64,000 nt of DNA from a bacterium (lineage in GTDB: Bacteria > Patescibacteriota > Patescibacteriia > UBA10025), in NCBI GenBank assembly GCA_021815445.1, contig JAKAGM010000001.1:467710-531709 (forward strand), in the 5' to 3' direction. Shown here one piece after another: positions 29,266-39,047 of the stretch. Under the pieces are notes generated by a model, which did not search any database, was not told the DNA's origin, and worked only from the letters and a program-made list of their open reading frames with translations. How positions within the stretch are numbered: position 1 is the stretch's first letter; each line of letters begins with the position of its first letter. A program made the position numbers and the translations under genes.

Positions 29266-30765
29266 CTACGCCGCGAGCTGGAGCCTGTTTTCCCAATGGT
29301 CTGCATTACGTTTGGTCCGCCACGAGGCTAGGCCGATGTAGAGTCTCGGTTGGCGCAAGACACGCAGTTGCTTCGGTGTCATTTTTGCGACAAATGGGGC
29401 AACTGACTCATCTGCCATCAATAGATCATACACTTTCGCACCCGACTCCGCAGCGCTATCGCATACATCAGCGACATACGCATATGCCGACGGGTAGCCA
29501 TAGTAGGTCAGTAGCGTATTGAGCGGGTCGGAAATGATCAGGTCACCCTTCAGTTCAAGATTCTTGAGCATTTGGGACTCATCCACCACGAGCGTAGCCA
29601 TGATGCGATTCAGCGTTTTAGCCGCAGTACAGACGAACTCCAAGATCTCAAAATGGAACCGCCCCGAGGCAGAATTCGTCAGGTCTCGCTGGTGCTCAGT
29701 GATAAGGTCAAGATACACCCCGATCATCCGGCCCAGCTCGGCCTTATTCATGCTCTTGACGTTTTCCACTGCGATCGGGTTGTTCTTGTGCGCCATGATC
29801 GACGACCGGCCTTGGAGCGCCTTTGCCTGTGCGACTTCAGAGATTTCCGTGGCCTGCAAACGGCGCAAACTGTCAGCCAGATCTCCAAAGATGCCCATAA
29901 TCATCGTTAAGCGGTGATAGACGTCAGCCATCGGTTCCGGCATATTCTTCTGATGGGAATACCGGCCGGGCTTTAAGCCGAGGTGACCCAAGAGCTGCTT
30001 TTCGAAACGCATTGGGTTATTCATGATGAGTGATGATGGGCCATAGGTACCGACCGGACCAGAGATTTTACCGACCAGCATGCCGACTTCCCGTTCAAGC
30101 TTTGCAATCTCGCCGGCAAGTCGGCAGACATACTCATCAATGGCATCACCGAATGTGATCGGTGAAGCTAACTGCAAATGCGTCCTGCCTGCCTGCACCG
30201 TGTCAGCGTACTGGCGCGCGATCCTGATGAAATGCCTCAGCAGTTTCTTCAATAGCGGAATAATCACTGTGATGATCGCATCGCGCATACGCGCGGCATC
30301 CGCAGTATCCAGCACATCGCAACTTGTGAGCATGAGATGCGGGTAACGTTGCGAGGTTTCGCTGATCGCAGATTTGATGAGCATCACGAGTGCCCGGACA
30401 TCATGACGAACCGCTTTAATTCGTCTTGGCACTCCGTACTCCAGACGGTAGACGTCCCGAGCCCGGAGTCCGACGCAAGCTTGGATAATTTCCTGCATAG
30501 ACCGACTGGGGCATTCACCTAGCTCAAAGAGCTGAATAGCCAGCGCCGCCTCGACCGCTCCTTCATAGAGGACTCGACCCTTCTCTGAGGTAAACGGGGC
30601 GAGCTCCTGGTTCACATACCGGTAGGAGAACGGGCTTGCTTGAGAGAAATCCCGTCGTCGGACGATCAACATAGTTTGCTCCAAAATCGACCACAGCCGC
30701 GGGTCATAGAACTGAAAATGCGGCGGCACCTCCGTGACTCGTTTTCGAGTCTTAGTACTGCTCAT
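29266..30765 (-). CDS. purB: adenylosuccinate lyase
   Basis: RHDV, TSCDVLDT, GRTHLQ, GPVGT, SSIMAHKNNP. Confidence 0.9.
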   Translation of the reverse strand: MSSTKTRKRVTEVPPHFQFYDPRLWSILEQTMLIVRRRDFSQASPFSYRYVNQELAPFTSEKGRVLYEGAVEAALAIQLFELGECPSRSMQEIIQACVGLRARDVYRLEYGVPRRIKAVRHDVRALVMLIKSAISETSQRYPHLMLTSCDVLDTADAARMRDAIITVIIPLLKKLLRHFIRIARQYADTVQAGRTHLQLASPITFGDAIDEYVCRLAGEIAKLEREVGMLVGKISGPVGTYGPSSLIMNNPMRFEKQLLGHLGLKPGRYSHQKNMPEPMADVYHRLTMIMGIFGDLADSLRRLQATEISEVAQAKALQGRSSIMAHKNNPIAVENVKSMNKAELGRMIGVYLDLITEHQRDLTNSASGRFHFEILEFVCTAAKTLNRIMATLVVDESQMLKNLELKGDLIISDPLNTLLTYYGYPSAYAYVADVCDSAAESGAKVYDLLMADESVAPFVAKMTPKQLRVLRQPRLYIGLASWRTKRNADHWENRLQLAA

Positions 30766-31264
30766 GTGCTACTCCTTTCCCTTCTGTATCTGTTCACTTG
30801 CGTTGTTAACGTCCATTTTTTGAACTAAAAACAACCAAAACACCAAGGATTTACCTTACCAAAACGCATCTCTATAGTCAATCTGAATCCTCCCTTTACA
30901 TGCCTTCAATCCCATGTTACCATTCTACAAAATGAAATAGGGGTCATTCGTTTTCGTTTCTCGAAACCAGGAGGAGTCAGATGAGTAGGCATGACAGAGA
31001 TCACGTCTGCAAAGCACATTCCTCGGCAGGGGGTGGAAGGGTAAAATGCCTGTGCGGTCGAATATGGCAAGACCCCCCAACTGCGGAGATCCTGGCAACA
31101 GGAAGTCCCGCCCAACGCCGCGAAGCTCAGAAACGCAGGCGGCCATAACTCTGCCGCCCGCGATGCTGTTCTCCCGGACCTTTATGGCTCCGGTTTTTTA
31201 TACGTATAAAAAAACTCCCTCCCACTTTGGTAGAGTGAGGGGAGATCTTGCTTTCGCACATGTG

Positions 31265-31432
31265 CTACTTTTTGCGACCTTTTGCCAAGAAGGGCCAGAA
31301 GAAACGCTGCGGCCCCCATTCAGCATTTGCAGGATCGGAGCTTGGAATAGGATGGGGTGTCCTTTCGCCCGGAGCAGTGCGCCGAACGGGCTGTAACGGA
31401 CGATCACCTAGGAACTTTGTATGCTTCGGCAT
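31265..31432 (-). CDS. 55-aa basic peptide downstream of purA
   Basis: SD GGAGG before MPKHTKF; followed by a hairpin with a U-run at about 31208-31243. Confidence 0.45.
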   Translation of the reverse strand: MPKHTKFLGDRPLQPVRRTAPGERTPHPIPSSDPANAEWGPQRFFWPFLAKGRKK

Positions 31433-31452
31433 GTGACCCTCCGTGATCATGA

Positions 31453-32970
31453 TCATGCAACAGAACGAAGGACTTTACCGTCGAGCCCAGCGGAAGTCGA
31501 AATGATACCCACTGGAACACCTGCATAGCGCTCGTAGGTCCTGATGAGCTGGTGGACGCACCCGGGTAAATCCCTTTCCGAGTTGATCCCGCGAATGTCA
31601 GTGTCCTCCAAATCAATCCGGACACAAACCTCTTGCACATCGACACCGTCCAGCTCCTCGGTCATGGGGTACGTGGGCGGCTCGACGAGCTCGCCATCAA
31701 TCTTGTAACCAGTCGCTATTGGCAAGTTGATGTTGAGACCCGACAGACCGTCAACCTGCGTTAGAGCTATGCAATCGGCTCCGTTAACCATGGCCGCGCA
31801 TCGCGTCATATACAGATCGGGGCCTCCGACTTCACGCCCACGCATGGTAGTCGAACCGCGGTTGTTGAAAAGGACTTCGAAGTGCTCGGCCCAATCCTGC
31901 TTTGTGGCGGAACCAGCATTGATGAGATCTCGCTTTGCCTGCAAGAATGCTTCCTGCGCATTCTGATTGAATTGCGGAAGTCCCGGGAACAGCTCAGGCC
32001 GCAATTCGGGAAACACCTCGGCATCGTGGCGATTCCACCAGCCCGTCGGAAACGGCCCCTCACCAACCCGTGTTAGGAACAACTTCGAGATGAGGATAAC
32101 AGGGCCGAAGAGATGCATCGGAAGACCACCACAGTATGCCGCTGCCTGCGCGATTGACTGGGTCGCGGAATTGAACGGATACGTCCCGCGAACGTGCAGA
32201 CCATATCCTTGGGTCATACCAAAGAGTACGGGGACGTTTCTGCGCATCAGGTCGTGCAACACCGGATCGATGTTGGTGATGTACGGACGAAGAAAGTCTG
32301 CGTCCGCCAGCAGTCGTTCGACCTCGTTGTCAGGGCTCATATCAGCGAGTGAAAATTCTTTCTCAGTCCCTTTCATTCTGAGCTCGAACTCTTTCAACAT
32401 CGGGAAGAACGCGTCGTAGAACCCTTTGACCCACTTCCGGAGAAGATCTGCGTCGAGGAGATGTCCGGTGAGCGGACCTACGCGCAGATCGATCCCCGCG
32501 ATCATTGGTGAGATACCTCGACCGGTAGTGCCTACCGCCGCACTGCCCTTCACGAGTTCAAGCAAGCCCTCGAGCAGCGAGTGGTAGCGAAGAAAGATTG
32601 GCGCCCTCTTGGAGACCAGAAGTGGCGCTTTCAGATCGCCAACAATGGCGATGAGATCGCGAAGCTCGCGAACCAACCGCGCTACCTCGACCAGCACCGC
32701 ATCACCGATGATCCCCATTTTTCCATCGGCAAGTAATGTCGGGACAAGATGGAAAATGAACGGGTAGAGTTGTCCATCGGCGCCCCTGATGTGCCGTGTA
32801 CGGCCAGTATTCGCACCTCCTTGTACACGGGCTGAGACATCAAAGTAAGGGCCCAAGACCGCCTCGATGCCGCCTTTACCGCTGTCCCCCCAGGCATCAC
32901 CGACTTCGATAGTCGATCGACGTCCGCCTTTTTTGTACCACAACTGTTCTAAAAACACATCGGGTTGCAT
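31453..32970 (-). CDS. purA: divergent adenylosuccinate synthetase-family protein
   Basis: WGDSGKG, QGGAN, FHLVP, GTTGRGISP, GTYPF, TRVGEGPFPT. Confidence 0.85.
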   Translation of the reverse strand: MQPDVFLEQLWYKKGGRRSTIEVGDAWGDSGKGGIEAVLGPYFDVSARVQGGANTGRTRHIRGADGQLYPFIFHLVPTLLADGKMGIIGDAVLVEVARLVRELRDLIAIVGDLKAPLLVSKRAPIFLRYHSLLEGLLELVKGSAAVGTTGRGISPMIAGIDLRVGPLTGHLLDADLLRKWVKGFYDAFFPMLKEFELRMKGTEKEFSLADMSPDNEVERLLADADFLRPYITNIDPVLHDLMRRNVPVLFGMTQGYGLHVRGTYPFNSATQSIAQAAAYCGGLPMHLFGPVILISKLFLTRVGEGPFPTGWWNRHDAEVFPELRPELFPGLPQFNQNAQEAFLQAKRDLINAGSATKQDWAEHFEVLFNNRGSTTMRGREVGGPDLYMTRCAAMVNGADCIALTQVDGLSGLNINLPIATGYKIDGELVEPPTYPMTEELDGVDVQEVCVRIDLEDTDIRGINSERDLPGCVHQLIRTYERYAGVPVGIISTSAGLDGKVLRSVA

Positions 32971-33130
32971 TCCGACTCTCCTTCCTATTGTTTACGGCAG
33001 TTAACGTTCTTTCTTTGTTTTGGTCATTTACTTTATCACTCCCTCATGTCCCTTGTAAAGCAAAGGGAGGTTGAAAAATAGCTTAAAATAGTTTATACTA
33101 CCGTCATTATTAATCACTCATCCACACCTT

Positions 33131-33601
33131 ATGAAAAAGTCACCCGCGATGATAATCATTCTCATTTTAGCCCTCGCAGGACTCCTCCTGTCGGGCTATC
33201 TGTCATACCTTAACCTTTGGGGCGCCGGATGCTCGAAGTTTTTCATAAGCTGCGGAGGCAGCAAGGCGGTGCACATTTTCGGTCAGCCGACATGCGTCTA
33301 TGGGTTCTTTATGTACTTGGCAGTGTTCATCCTCGCCATCGTCGCCTTGTTCAAAGAGAGCGCCCGCAGCGTGATGAAGACCCTGCTTGGTTTCGCAATC
33401 CTCGGCACGGCATTCTCCGGCTTTCTCACCTTCTACGAACTTGTCGTGCTTAAGATAGAGTTCAGCGGCCTCCCCGCCTGCGCATATGGGCTGATTCTCT
33501 ATGTCGGGATATTGATTGTCGCAATGCTCGCCCTCAAGCAAAAAAACGAGATCGTGCCTCAGCAGACTCCTCCGCAGATGCCCCAAACACCTCAGCAATA
33601 A
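33131..33601 (+). CDS. vitamin K epoxide reductase (VKOR) family protein
   Basis: GLLLSGYLSY, periplasmic C..C, IFGQP, 4 TM; only one Cys at the expected CxxC (LPAC). Confidence 0.7.
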   Translation: MKKSPAMIIILILALAGLLLSGYLSYLNLWGAGCSKFFISCGGSKAVHIFGQPTCVYGFFMYLAVFILAIVALFKESARSVMKTLLGFAILGTAFSGFLTFYELVVLKIEFSGLPACAYGLILYVGILIVAMLALKQKNEIVPQQTPPQMPQTPQQ

Positions 33602-33623
33602 CAACTATCAACACGTAAACATC

Positions 33624-33655
33624 GGGGGGCAGACTGATCAGTCTGCCCTCCTTTT
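33624..33655 (+). terminator. intrinsic terminator
   Basis: GGGCAGACTG-AT-CAGTCTGCCC followed by a T-run. Confidence 0.7.
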
Positions 33656-33659
33656 GATA

Positions 33660-33965
33660 CTATTCAATCCCCAGTGCCGCCTTTGCTTCAGCGGACATCT
33701 TATCCGGCGTCCATGGCGGATCGAATGTCAGGTCAACTTTCACCTCGCCGACTCCGGCGACGGCTTTGAGTTTCGATGTAATGTCATGAAGGAAAAAATC
33801 TATGAGCGGGCATCCCGGCGTCGTCAGGGTAATGCGCACGCTGATATTTTTCCCGTCGGTAATTTCAATGCCGTAGACGAGTCCGAGCGAAACAACATCG
33901 ATCCTGAGTTCAGGATCGAGCACTGTTGAGAGGGCATTGAGGACGTCTTTTTTGCTTACGGGCAT
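33660..33965 (-). CDS. DUF59/SufT metal-sulfur cluster assembly factor
   Basis: V.DPEL..DVVSLGLVY, TLTTPGCP, FDPPWTPDKMS. Confidence 0.92.
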   Translation of the reverse strand: MPVSKKDVLNALSTVLDPELRIDVVSLGLVYGIEITDGKNISVRITLTTPGCPLIDFFLHDITSKLKAVAGVGEVKVDLTFDPPWTPDKMSAEAKAALGIE

Positions 33966-33973
33966 GAAAGAAG

Positions 33974-34468
33974 TCAGCGCAAAATATGTAAGCGGAGGTA
34001 GAACGCCAGAAGCACAACATAATTAGCTATCATATACCATTTGGCTTCCCAGTTATAGCCGTCGAACTTGTACGAAGAAAGCGGCCAGAGAAAGGGTGTA
34101 GGAAAAAATTTTCTTGAATGGGTGGGGATGTCAACAATGATATGTAAAAGCCACCCGAACGCTGCCCATGGCACCGAGCCCATGATTGCCCATGCTATGG
34201 AGAAGCCGATAATCCATAACGGAATGCTGTGGGTGACGTCATATATCCTGTACACCCAAGGCGGGACCCTATTTGCCATATTCTCGACAGTATCCTCGCT
34301 GACCTTGAACCACATTTTGTAATTATTTGTAATAACCGAATAGACGGCGTTCGGGACGAACGCAATAAGATCCGGAGCGAGGCTCAGTGCGATACCGACT
34401 GTCCGGGTCGTCGGAGGAGCATTCTTAAAAATAAGGGTAGCCCAAAGTCCGTGTGCGAGTATGTCCAT
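33974..34468 (-). CDS. membrane metal-dependent hydrolase-like protein (YdjM-like)
   Basis: AH, PD, THS, LHIIVDIPTH, LWP. Confidence 0.75.
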   Translation of the reverse strand: MDILAHGLWATLIFKNAPPTTRTVGIALSLAPDLIAFVPNAVYSVITNNYKMWFKVSEDTVENMANRVPPWVYRIYDVTHSIPLWIIGFSIAWAIMGSVPWAAFGWLLHIIVDIPTHSRKFFPTPFLWPLSSYKFDGYNWEAKWYMIANYVVLLAFYLRLHILR

Positions 34469-34477
34469 AAAGCTAGT

Positions 34478-35290
34478 CTAGCGCACCAGGCGGGGTTGGG
34501 CAACTCTCCTCGTCCGGCGGAAAGTTGCAGCCAATATTATCAAACTCAAAACGTATGTCCCAATTTCGAGAGTAGAAGGTGCGGCGCTATACCCGAACAA
34601 GGACCTGAGCATACCTCCTCCAAACCCGGTTTCCGGGAGAACAAACGAAATATTATACGCATGGGAGGTGAAAAAGGTGATGATTCCCGCATCCTGCAGT
34701 TCACGGGCTCCCCGGGCAAATAATCCTGCCGCGCAAAGAATTAGGACAAATGTGCTGATGCGAAAAAAAACACGGAGAGATATTTTTTCCCATGCGGTAA
34801 AGAAACCTATCGCGATAATTCCCGCCCCGCCGAAACCGAGCAACGCGCTCGCGACGCTGTTGCTCTCAGCCAGCTTGGTTGCCGCAAGGAGAAAAAATGA
34901 AGTTTCGACGCCTTCACGAAAAACTGAAAAAAGAATTAATAAGAATATCCCGAGTAAAAACCCGCGTTCGATATGCTGCTCAATCCGCTGTTCAATCTTC
35001 TGGGCATGATGCCGCTGGCGGCGCATCCAATACAGCATCGTCGTCAGGAGAACCGCAGCGCCCATCATCGCGCTACTTTCAAAAATCTTTTCCGAATTGT
35101 CCTTGAGACTGTCCGCGATCGAAAAGAGCGCGACACCGACCATAGCAGAAAGAATCACGCCTATCACAGCACCCCACCATACATAGCGCAGGCACTGGAA
35201 CTGCCGTGTACGGAGCAGGTAACTGGCTACAATGCCGATAACCAGGCCCGCTTCAAGCGTTTCTCGGAATGTGATGAAAAAATCCGCCAT
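34478..35290 (-). CDS. FTR1/EfeU iron permease
   Basis: Two RExxE motifs (RETLE, REGVE), 7 TM. Confidence 0.92.
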   Translation of the reverse strand: MADFFITFRETLEAGLVIGIVASYLLRTRQFQCLRYVWWGAVIGVILSAMVGVALFSIADSLKDNSEKIFESSAMMGAAVLLTTMLYWMRRQRHHAQKIEQRIEQHIERGFLLGIFLLILFSVFREGVETSFFLLAATKLAESNSVASALLGFGGAGIIAIGFFTAWEKISLRVFFRISTFVLILCAAGLFARGARELQDAGIITFFTSHAYNISFVLPETGFGGGMLRSLFGYSAAPSTLEIGTYVLSLIILAATFRRTRRVAQPRLVR

Positions 35291-35306
35291 GTGGATAACT
35301 ACTCTT

Positions 35307-35325
35307 AATGAGAATCATTCCCATT
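35307..35325. promoter_or_regulatory. Fur-box-like operator upstream of FTR1
   Basis: AATGAGAAT-C-ATTCCCATT, a 9-1-9 inverted repeat with one mismatch, 16 nt from the start codon. Confidence 0.7.
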
Positions 35326-35353
35326 TTAACATATCCACATGTTTGGGACAATG

Positions 35354-35564
35354 AACTACCGCCAGCTCACGCCGGTGGTTTCTGTCTTGCCGTCTTGAAA
35401 ACGGCTGGTTTAAAAAACACCAGGCAAGGATTTTCCCATCGCACGGCGCACTGTCTGACCCCGTCAGTCGCGACTGACGGGGGAGTTTGCGCCATGCTGT
35501 CCTTTCTTTTCTCTCCACTTTTCTTTGGACAAGCAAAGAAAAGTGGAGCCCGCCCGGAGGGCAT
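35354..35564. repeat. cluster of palindromic REP-like elements
   Basis: ACCGCCAGC/GCCGGTGGT, CCCCGTCAGTC-GC-GACTGACGGGG, CTCCACTTTTCTTT-GGACAAGC-AAAGAAAAGTGGAG. Confidence 0.6.
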
Positions 35565-35633
35565 CTCTATTACAACTCTGATTAAAAATTCGGGAAACTC
35601 TAATTTACGACGTACCGTGCAAATAGCCCCCCG

Positions 35634-37463
35634 CTACTCCCACTCAATAGTTCCAGGCGGTTTGTTCGTGAGATCGTAAAACACAAAAGAGATATCTTTT
35701 GCCATGCAAACTTTCACTATGTCCCTCAGCACTTTGTCCGGCAGACGGTAATAACGGACAGTCATTGCCTCGCGCGACGCCACGGGACGCAAAACAATGC
35801 TCTCGCCGTCCCCTACTCCATAGGGCAGGAGAACAACGGGAAATTGCCAGATGTCGGCGAGCCCGGCTTTGTCGATAATCCGCGAAACAGCATCATCAAT
35901 TTTTTGTAAACGCTTGACGCGTTTCTCGTTGACATATGCTTCGTGCAGGGAAGCTCTTTGAAGATCCTTGCTGTCGCCGCCGACAAGCAGTACTACCCTG
36001 TTGATGCTCGAAAGTTTGTTCGTCAGCATCGGAGAAAGACGACCGACTCCGTCAATATTCCGGGTGCCGTATACGACGGCCGGATGACGGTAGCTGCGCT
36101 GGTCTCCTTGCACCCCGACGCTTCGCACCGGCAGAAGGTCAACCCGTGCTTCGTCCAAACCCGCTTCTGCCGTGAGGGATGAAAAAACTGCCCGCACCTC
36201 TTTCCTGTCTTCAGGAGAAACGTTCACACCGTCTTTTTTTGGACTGCAAAGGATGCGAATGCCCAAACCAGGTCCCGGAAACGGGTGGCGCCATACCAGG
36301 TCGCGCGGGATACCAAGACGCTCCCCCATCTCCCGAACTTCGTCTTTATACAAATCTTTGAGCGGCTCTACGACCTCGCCGCGCTCTACAAGCTCCTGGA
36401 GTTCGGGAACCCTATTATGATGCGTCTTGATAACGTCTGCATGCTGAGTCCTGCCCGTTTCAATAGTATCTGGATAAATCGTCCCCTGGCCGAGCAACCA
36501 GCTATTGGGGTCGAGATTGAACTTTCGCATTGCACGCTCTTTCACTTCGAGGAATGTGGATCCTATCCTCTTCCGCTTTTCTTCCGGATCAGCGACGCCT
36601 TTGAGGATATGGAGAAATGTTATGCGCTCATCCACTACATTCAAGTTGCCAAAACCGGATTTGAAAAGCATTTTTTGAACTTTCGCTGATTCTTGATAGC
36701 GCATAAGTCCGCTGTCTACGTGCAGCCCCAGGACCCGGTCTTTGCCGAGTACCCGCTCGAGGAGGGCGAAACAGACAGTGGAGTCCACGCCGCCGCTCAC
36801 GAGGAGAAATACGTTTTTACCACCCACCTGCCGTCTTATCTGATCTTCAATCTCGCGAACGACAGCTTCACCCGTCCAATCCTGCCGCGCGTTGCATATG
36901 CCTATCACGAAATTCCTCAGCATAGTCATCCCCTGCTCGGAGTGCGTTACCTCAGGATGAAACTGGAATCCGTAGAGACGTCGCTTCTCGTCAGCCATTG
37001 CCGCGACGGGGCAATGATCAGTTTCGCCTACGACAGTAAATCCTGCGCCGACTTGAGTGACGCTGTCCCCGTGGCTCATCCATACGTCCCGCCGGTCATC
37101 AACATGGGAAAAAATCCGCGAAGGATATATGCGAAGCTTCGCGGTACCGTACTCCCTCGTGGCACCGGGTCGAACAGTCCCGCCGAGCGCATGCGCCATA
37201 AGCTGGTGGCCGTAACAAAGGCCAAGCACCGGCAGGCCGAGCGTGAATATTTTTTTATCAAAAGCAATCTTTTCCTCGAGGACGCTCTGAGGGCCGCCGG
37301 ACAGCACAATACCCACGGCTGAGCGCAGCTGCTTGGCGGGCGTATCTGCCGGATAAATCCTGGACAGCACCGACAGCTCGCGTATTCTGCGTGCAATCAG
37401 ATGCGTATATTGGGACCCAAAATCAAGTATGGCAATCTCCTGATGGTGGCTGGGGTTTGACAT
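35634..37463 (-). CDS. guaA: GMP synthase (glutamine-hydrolysing)
   Basis: LDFGSQY, GLCYGHQL, QFHPE, SGGVDS, IKTHHN, KPPGTIEWE. Confidence 0.96.
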   Translation of the reverse strand: MSNPSHHQEIAILDFGSQYTHLIARRIRELSVLSRIYPADTPAKQLRSAVGIVLSGGPQSVLEEKIAFDKKIFTLGLPVLGLCYGHQLMAHALGGTVRPGATREYGTAKLRIYPSRIFSHVDDRRDVWMSHGDSVTQVGAGFTVVGETDHCPVAAMADEKRRLYGFQFHPEVTHSEQGMTMLRNFVIGICNARQDWTGEAVVREIEDQIRRQVGGKNVFLLVSGGVDSTVCFALLERVLGKDRVLGLHVDSGLMRYQESAKVQKMLFKSGFGNLNVVDERITFLHILKGVADPEEKRKRIGSTFLEVKERAMRKFNLDPNSWLLGQGTIYPDTIETGRTQHADVIKTHHNRVPELQELVERGEVVEPLKDLYKDEVREMGERLGIPRDLVWRHPFPGPGLGIRILCSPKKDGVNVSPEDRKEVRAVFSSLTAEAGLDEARVDLLPVRSVGVQGDQRSYRHPAVVYGTRNIDGVGRLSPMLTNKLSSINRVVLLVGGDSKDLQRASLHEAYVNEKRVKRLQKIDDAVSRIIDKAGLADIWQFPVVLLPYGVGDGESIVLRPVASREAMTVRYYRLPDKVLRDIVKVCMAKDISFVFYDLTNKPPGTIEWE

Positions 37464-37518
37464 ATTGCCCTTCTACTGTATCATAAAGAGTACTTTAGTG
37501 AATACTTCTCGTGGAAAT

Positions 37519-38982
37519 ATGAACAATTTCGAAGAAACATTCACGTTTGATGACGTGCTGCTCATGCCGGGCTACTCGACACTCCGGCCGCGTGAAACTG
37601 ACGCGTCAACGCAATTTACGCGGAATATACGGATCAAGGCGCCTCTCGTCTCTGCTCCCATGGACACGGTCACCGGGTCCAGACTTGCAATTACATTGGC
37701 CCTGCAGGGAGGGATTGGCATCATTCATAAGAATATGCCCCCGGAACAGCAGGCTGAGGAAGTGCTCCGGGTCAAAAAGTTTGAAAACGGATTTATTGAG
37801 AATCCTTTCGTGCTCCTCCCTGAGGACACGATTGAGAAGGTAGTGCGCGTCCGCAAGGAACGGGGATTCAATAAAATTCCGATTGTCGACAGACATAATG
37901 TATTTGTCGGCCTGATTAGCGAGCTTGATTATAGTATTCCCGACGACCTAAAAATTCCCATCAAGTTTAAAATGCGTCCCGCGGATGAAATTATCACAGG
38001 CAAGAAGGGCATCACGCTTGATAAGGCGAATACTCTCATCAAGAAACATCGTCTTGCTGTCCTGCCCATCCTGGGCGCTAACGGGCGGCTCGTGGCAATC
38101 GTCTCACGGAAAGATCTTGAGAAGAACGTCCAATTTCCAGATTCCGCAAAAGACGACCGAAAAAACCTGCGTGTGGGAGCCGCCGTGTCCATAGGACAAG
38201 AAGCTTTACAACGAGCCAAGCTGACTGCAGAAGCTGGGGTAGATGTCCTCGTCATCGATGTCGCGCACGGCCATTCAAAGGGGGTTATTGACACCCTGCG
38301 GTTGCTCAAAAAAGAGAAGTCATTGAAGGATGTTGATGTCGTCGCGGGAAATGTGGCCACGGCAGAGGGAGCTAAGGCGCTCGTTGCCGCAGGCGCTGAT
38401 GCAATAAAAGTCGGCGTCGGACCCGGCTCAATTTGCACTACCCGCATCATTGCGGGAATCGGCGTTCCTCAGCTATCGGCAATTCTCGAAGCGAAGAAGG
38501 GGAGGGCAAAATCAACTGTCCCGATTATTGCTGACGGCGGGATTCGTTTTTCCGGTGATATCGTAAAAGCTCTTGCTGCAGGGGCAAATACGGTTATGAT
38601 CGGCAATCTTTTTGCGGGAACGGACGAGGCTCCCGGCGACATCGAATACCACAACGGCCAGATGTACAAGTCATACCGGGGCATGGGTTCGCGCGATGCC
38701 ATGCTCGAAGGGAGCAAAGACAGATACGGTCAATCGGGCGAGCGGGCGGAGAAGCTTGTCCCCGAAGGGGTCGTCGGCCGCGTCAGGTACAAAGGCCCCC
38801 TCGCGCAGCATGTGCACCAGCTTGTCGGGGGACTTCGGGCCGGACTTGCCTATGTAGGCGCTCAAACTATTCCTCAGCTGCAGCAAAAAGCGAAATTCGT
38901 CCGCATCACGCAGGCGGGAAAAGTGGAAAGCCATCCCTACAACATTAGTATCACAAAAGAATCCCCGAACTATTCCGCTTAG
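37519..38982 (+). CDS. guaB: IMP dehydrogenase with CBS pair
   Basis: [37 protein letters not shown]. Confidence 0.96.
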   Translation: MNNFEETFTFDDVLLMPGYSTLRPRETDASTQFTRNIRIKAPLVSAPMDTVTGSRLAITLALQGGIGIIHKNMPPEQQAEEVLRVKKFENGFIENPFVLLPEDTIEKVVRVRKERGFNKIPIVDRHNVFVGLISELDYSIPDDLKIPIKFKMRPADEIITGKKGITLDKANTLIKKHRLAVLPILGANGRLVAIVSRKDLEKNVQFPDSAKDDRKNLRVGAAVSIGQEALQRAKLTAEAGVDVLVIDVAHGHSKGVIDTLRLLKKEKSLKDVDVVAGNVATAEGAKALVAAGADAIKVGVGPGSICTTRIIAGIGVPQLSAILEAKKGRAKSTVPIIADGGIRFSGDIVKALAAGANTVMIGNLFAGTDEAPGDIEYHNGQMYKSYRGMGSRDAMLEGSKDRYGQSGERAEKLVPEGVVGRVRYKGPLAQHVHQLVGGLRAGLAYVGAQTIPQLQQKAKFVRITQAGKVESHPYNISITKESPNYSA

Positions 38983-39047
38983 GACGCATAAAGTGAAACC
39001 CGCCCTTCCAATGAAAGAGCTGGTTTTTTCTGTCTGCGGGGTAAAGT

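Noticed and set aside
30766-31200. Purine or ZTP riboswitch, or a coding ORF, between purA and purB
   Set aside because: No recognisable aptamer consensus, and the short overlapping ORFs lack convincing features.
31453-32970. PurZ / Z-genome pathway
   Set aside because: The Asp13 equivalent is retained (WGDSGKG), and there is no dATPase, MazZ or phage context.
1363-35298. Replication origin from DnaA boxes (1363, 14119, 14748, 35290)
   Set aside because: The boxes are isolated and scattered, with no cluster and no dnaA or dnaN nearby.
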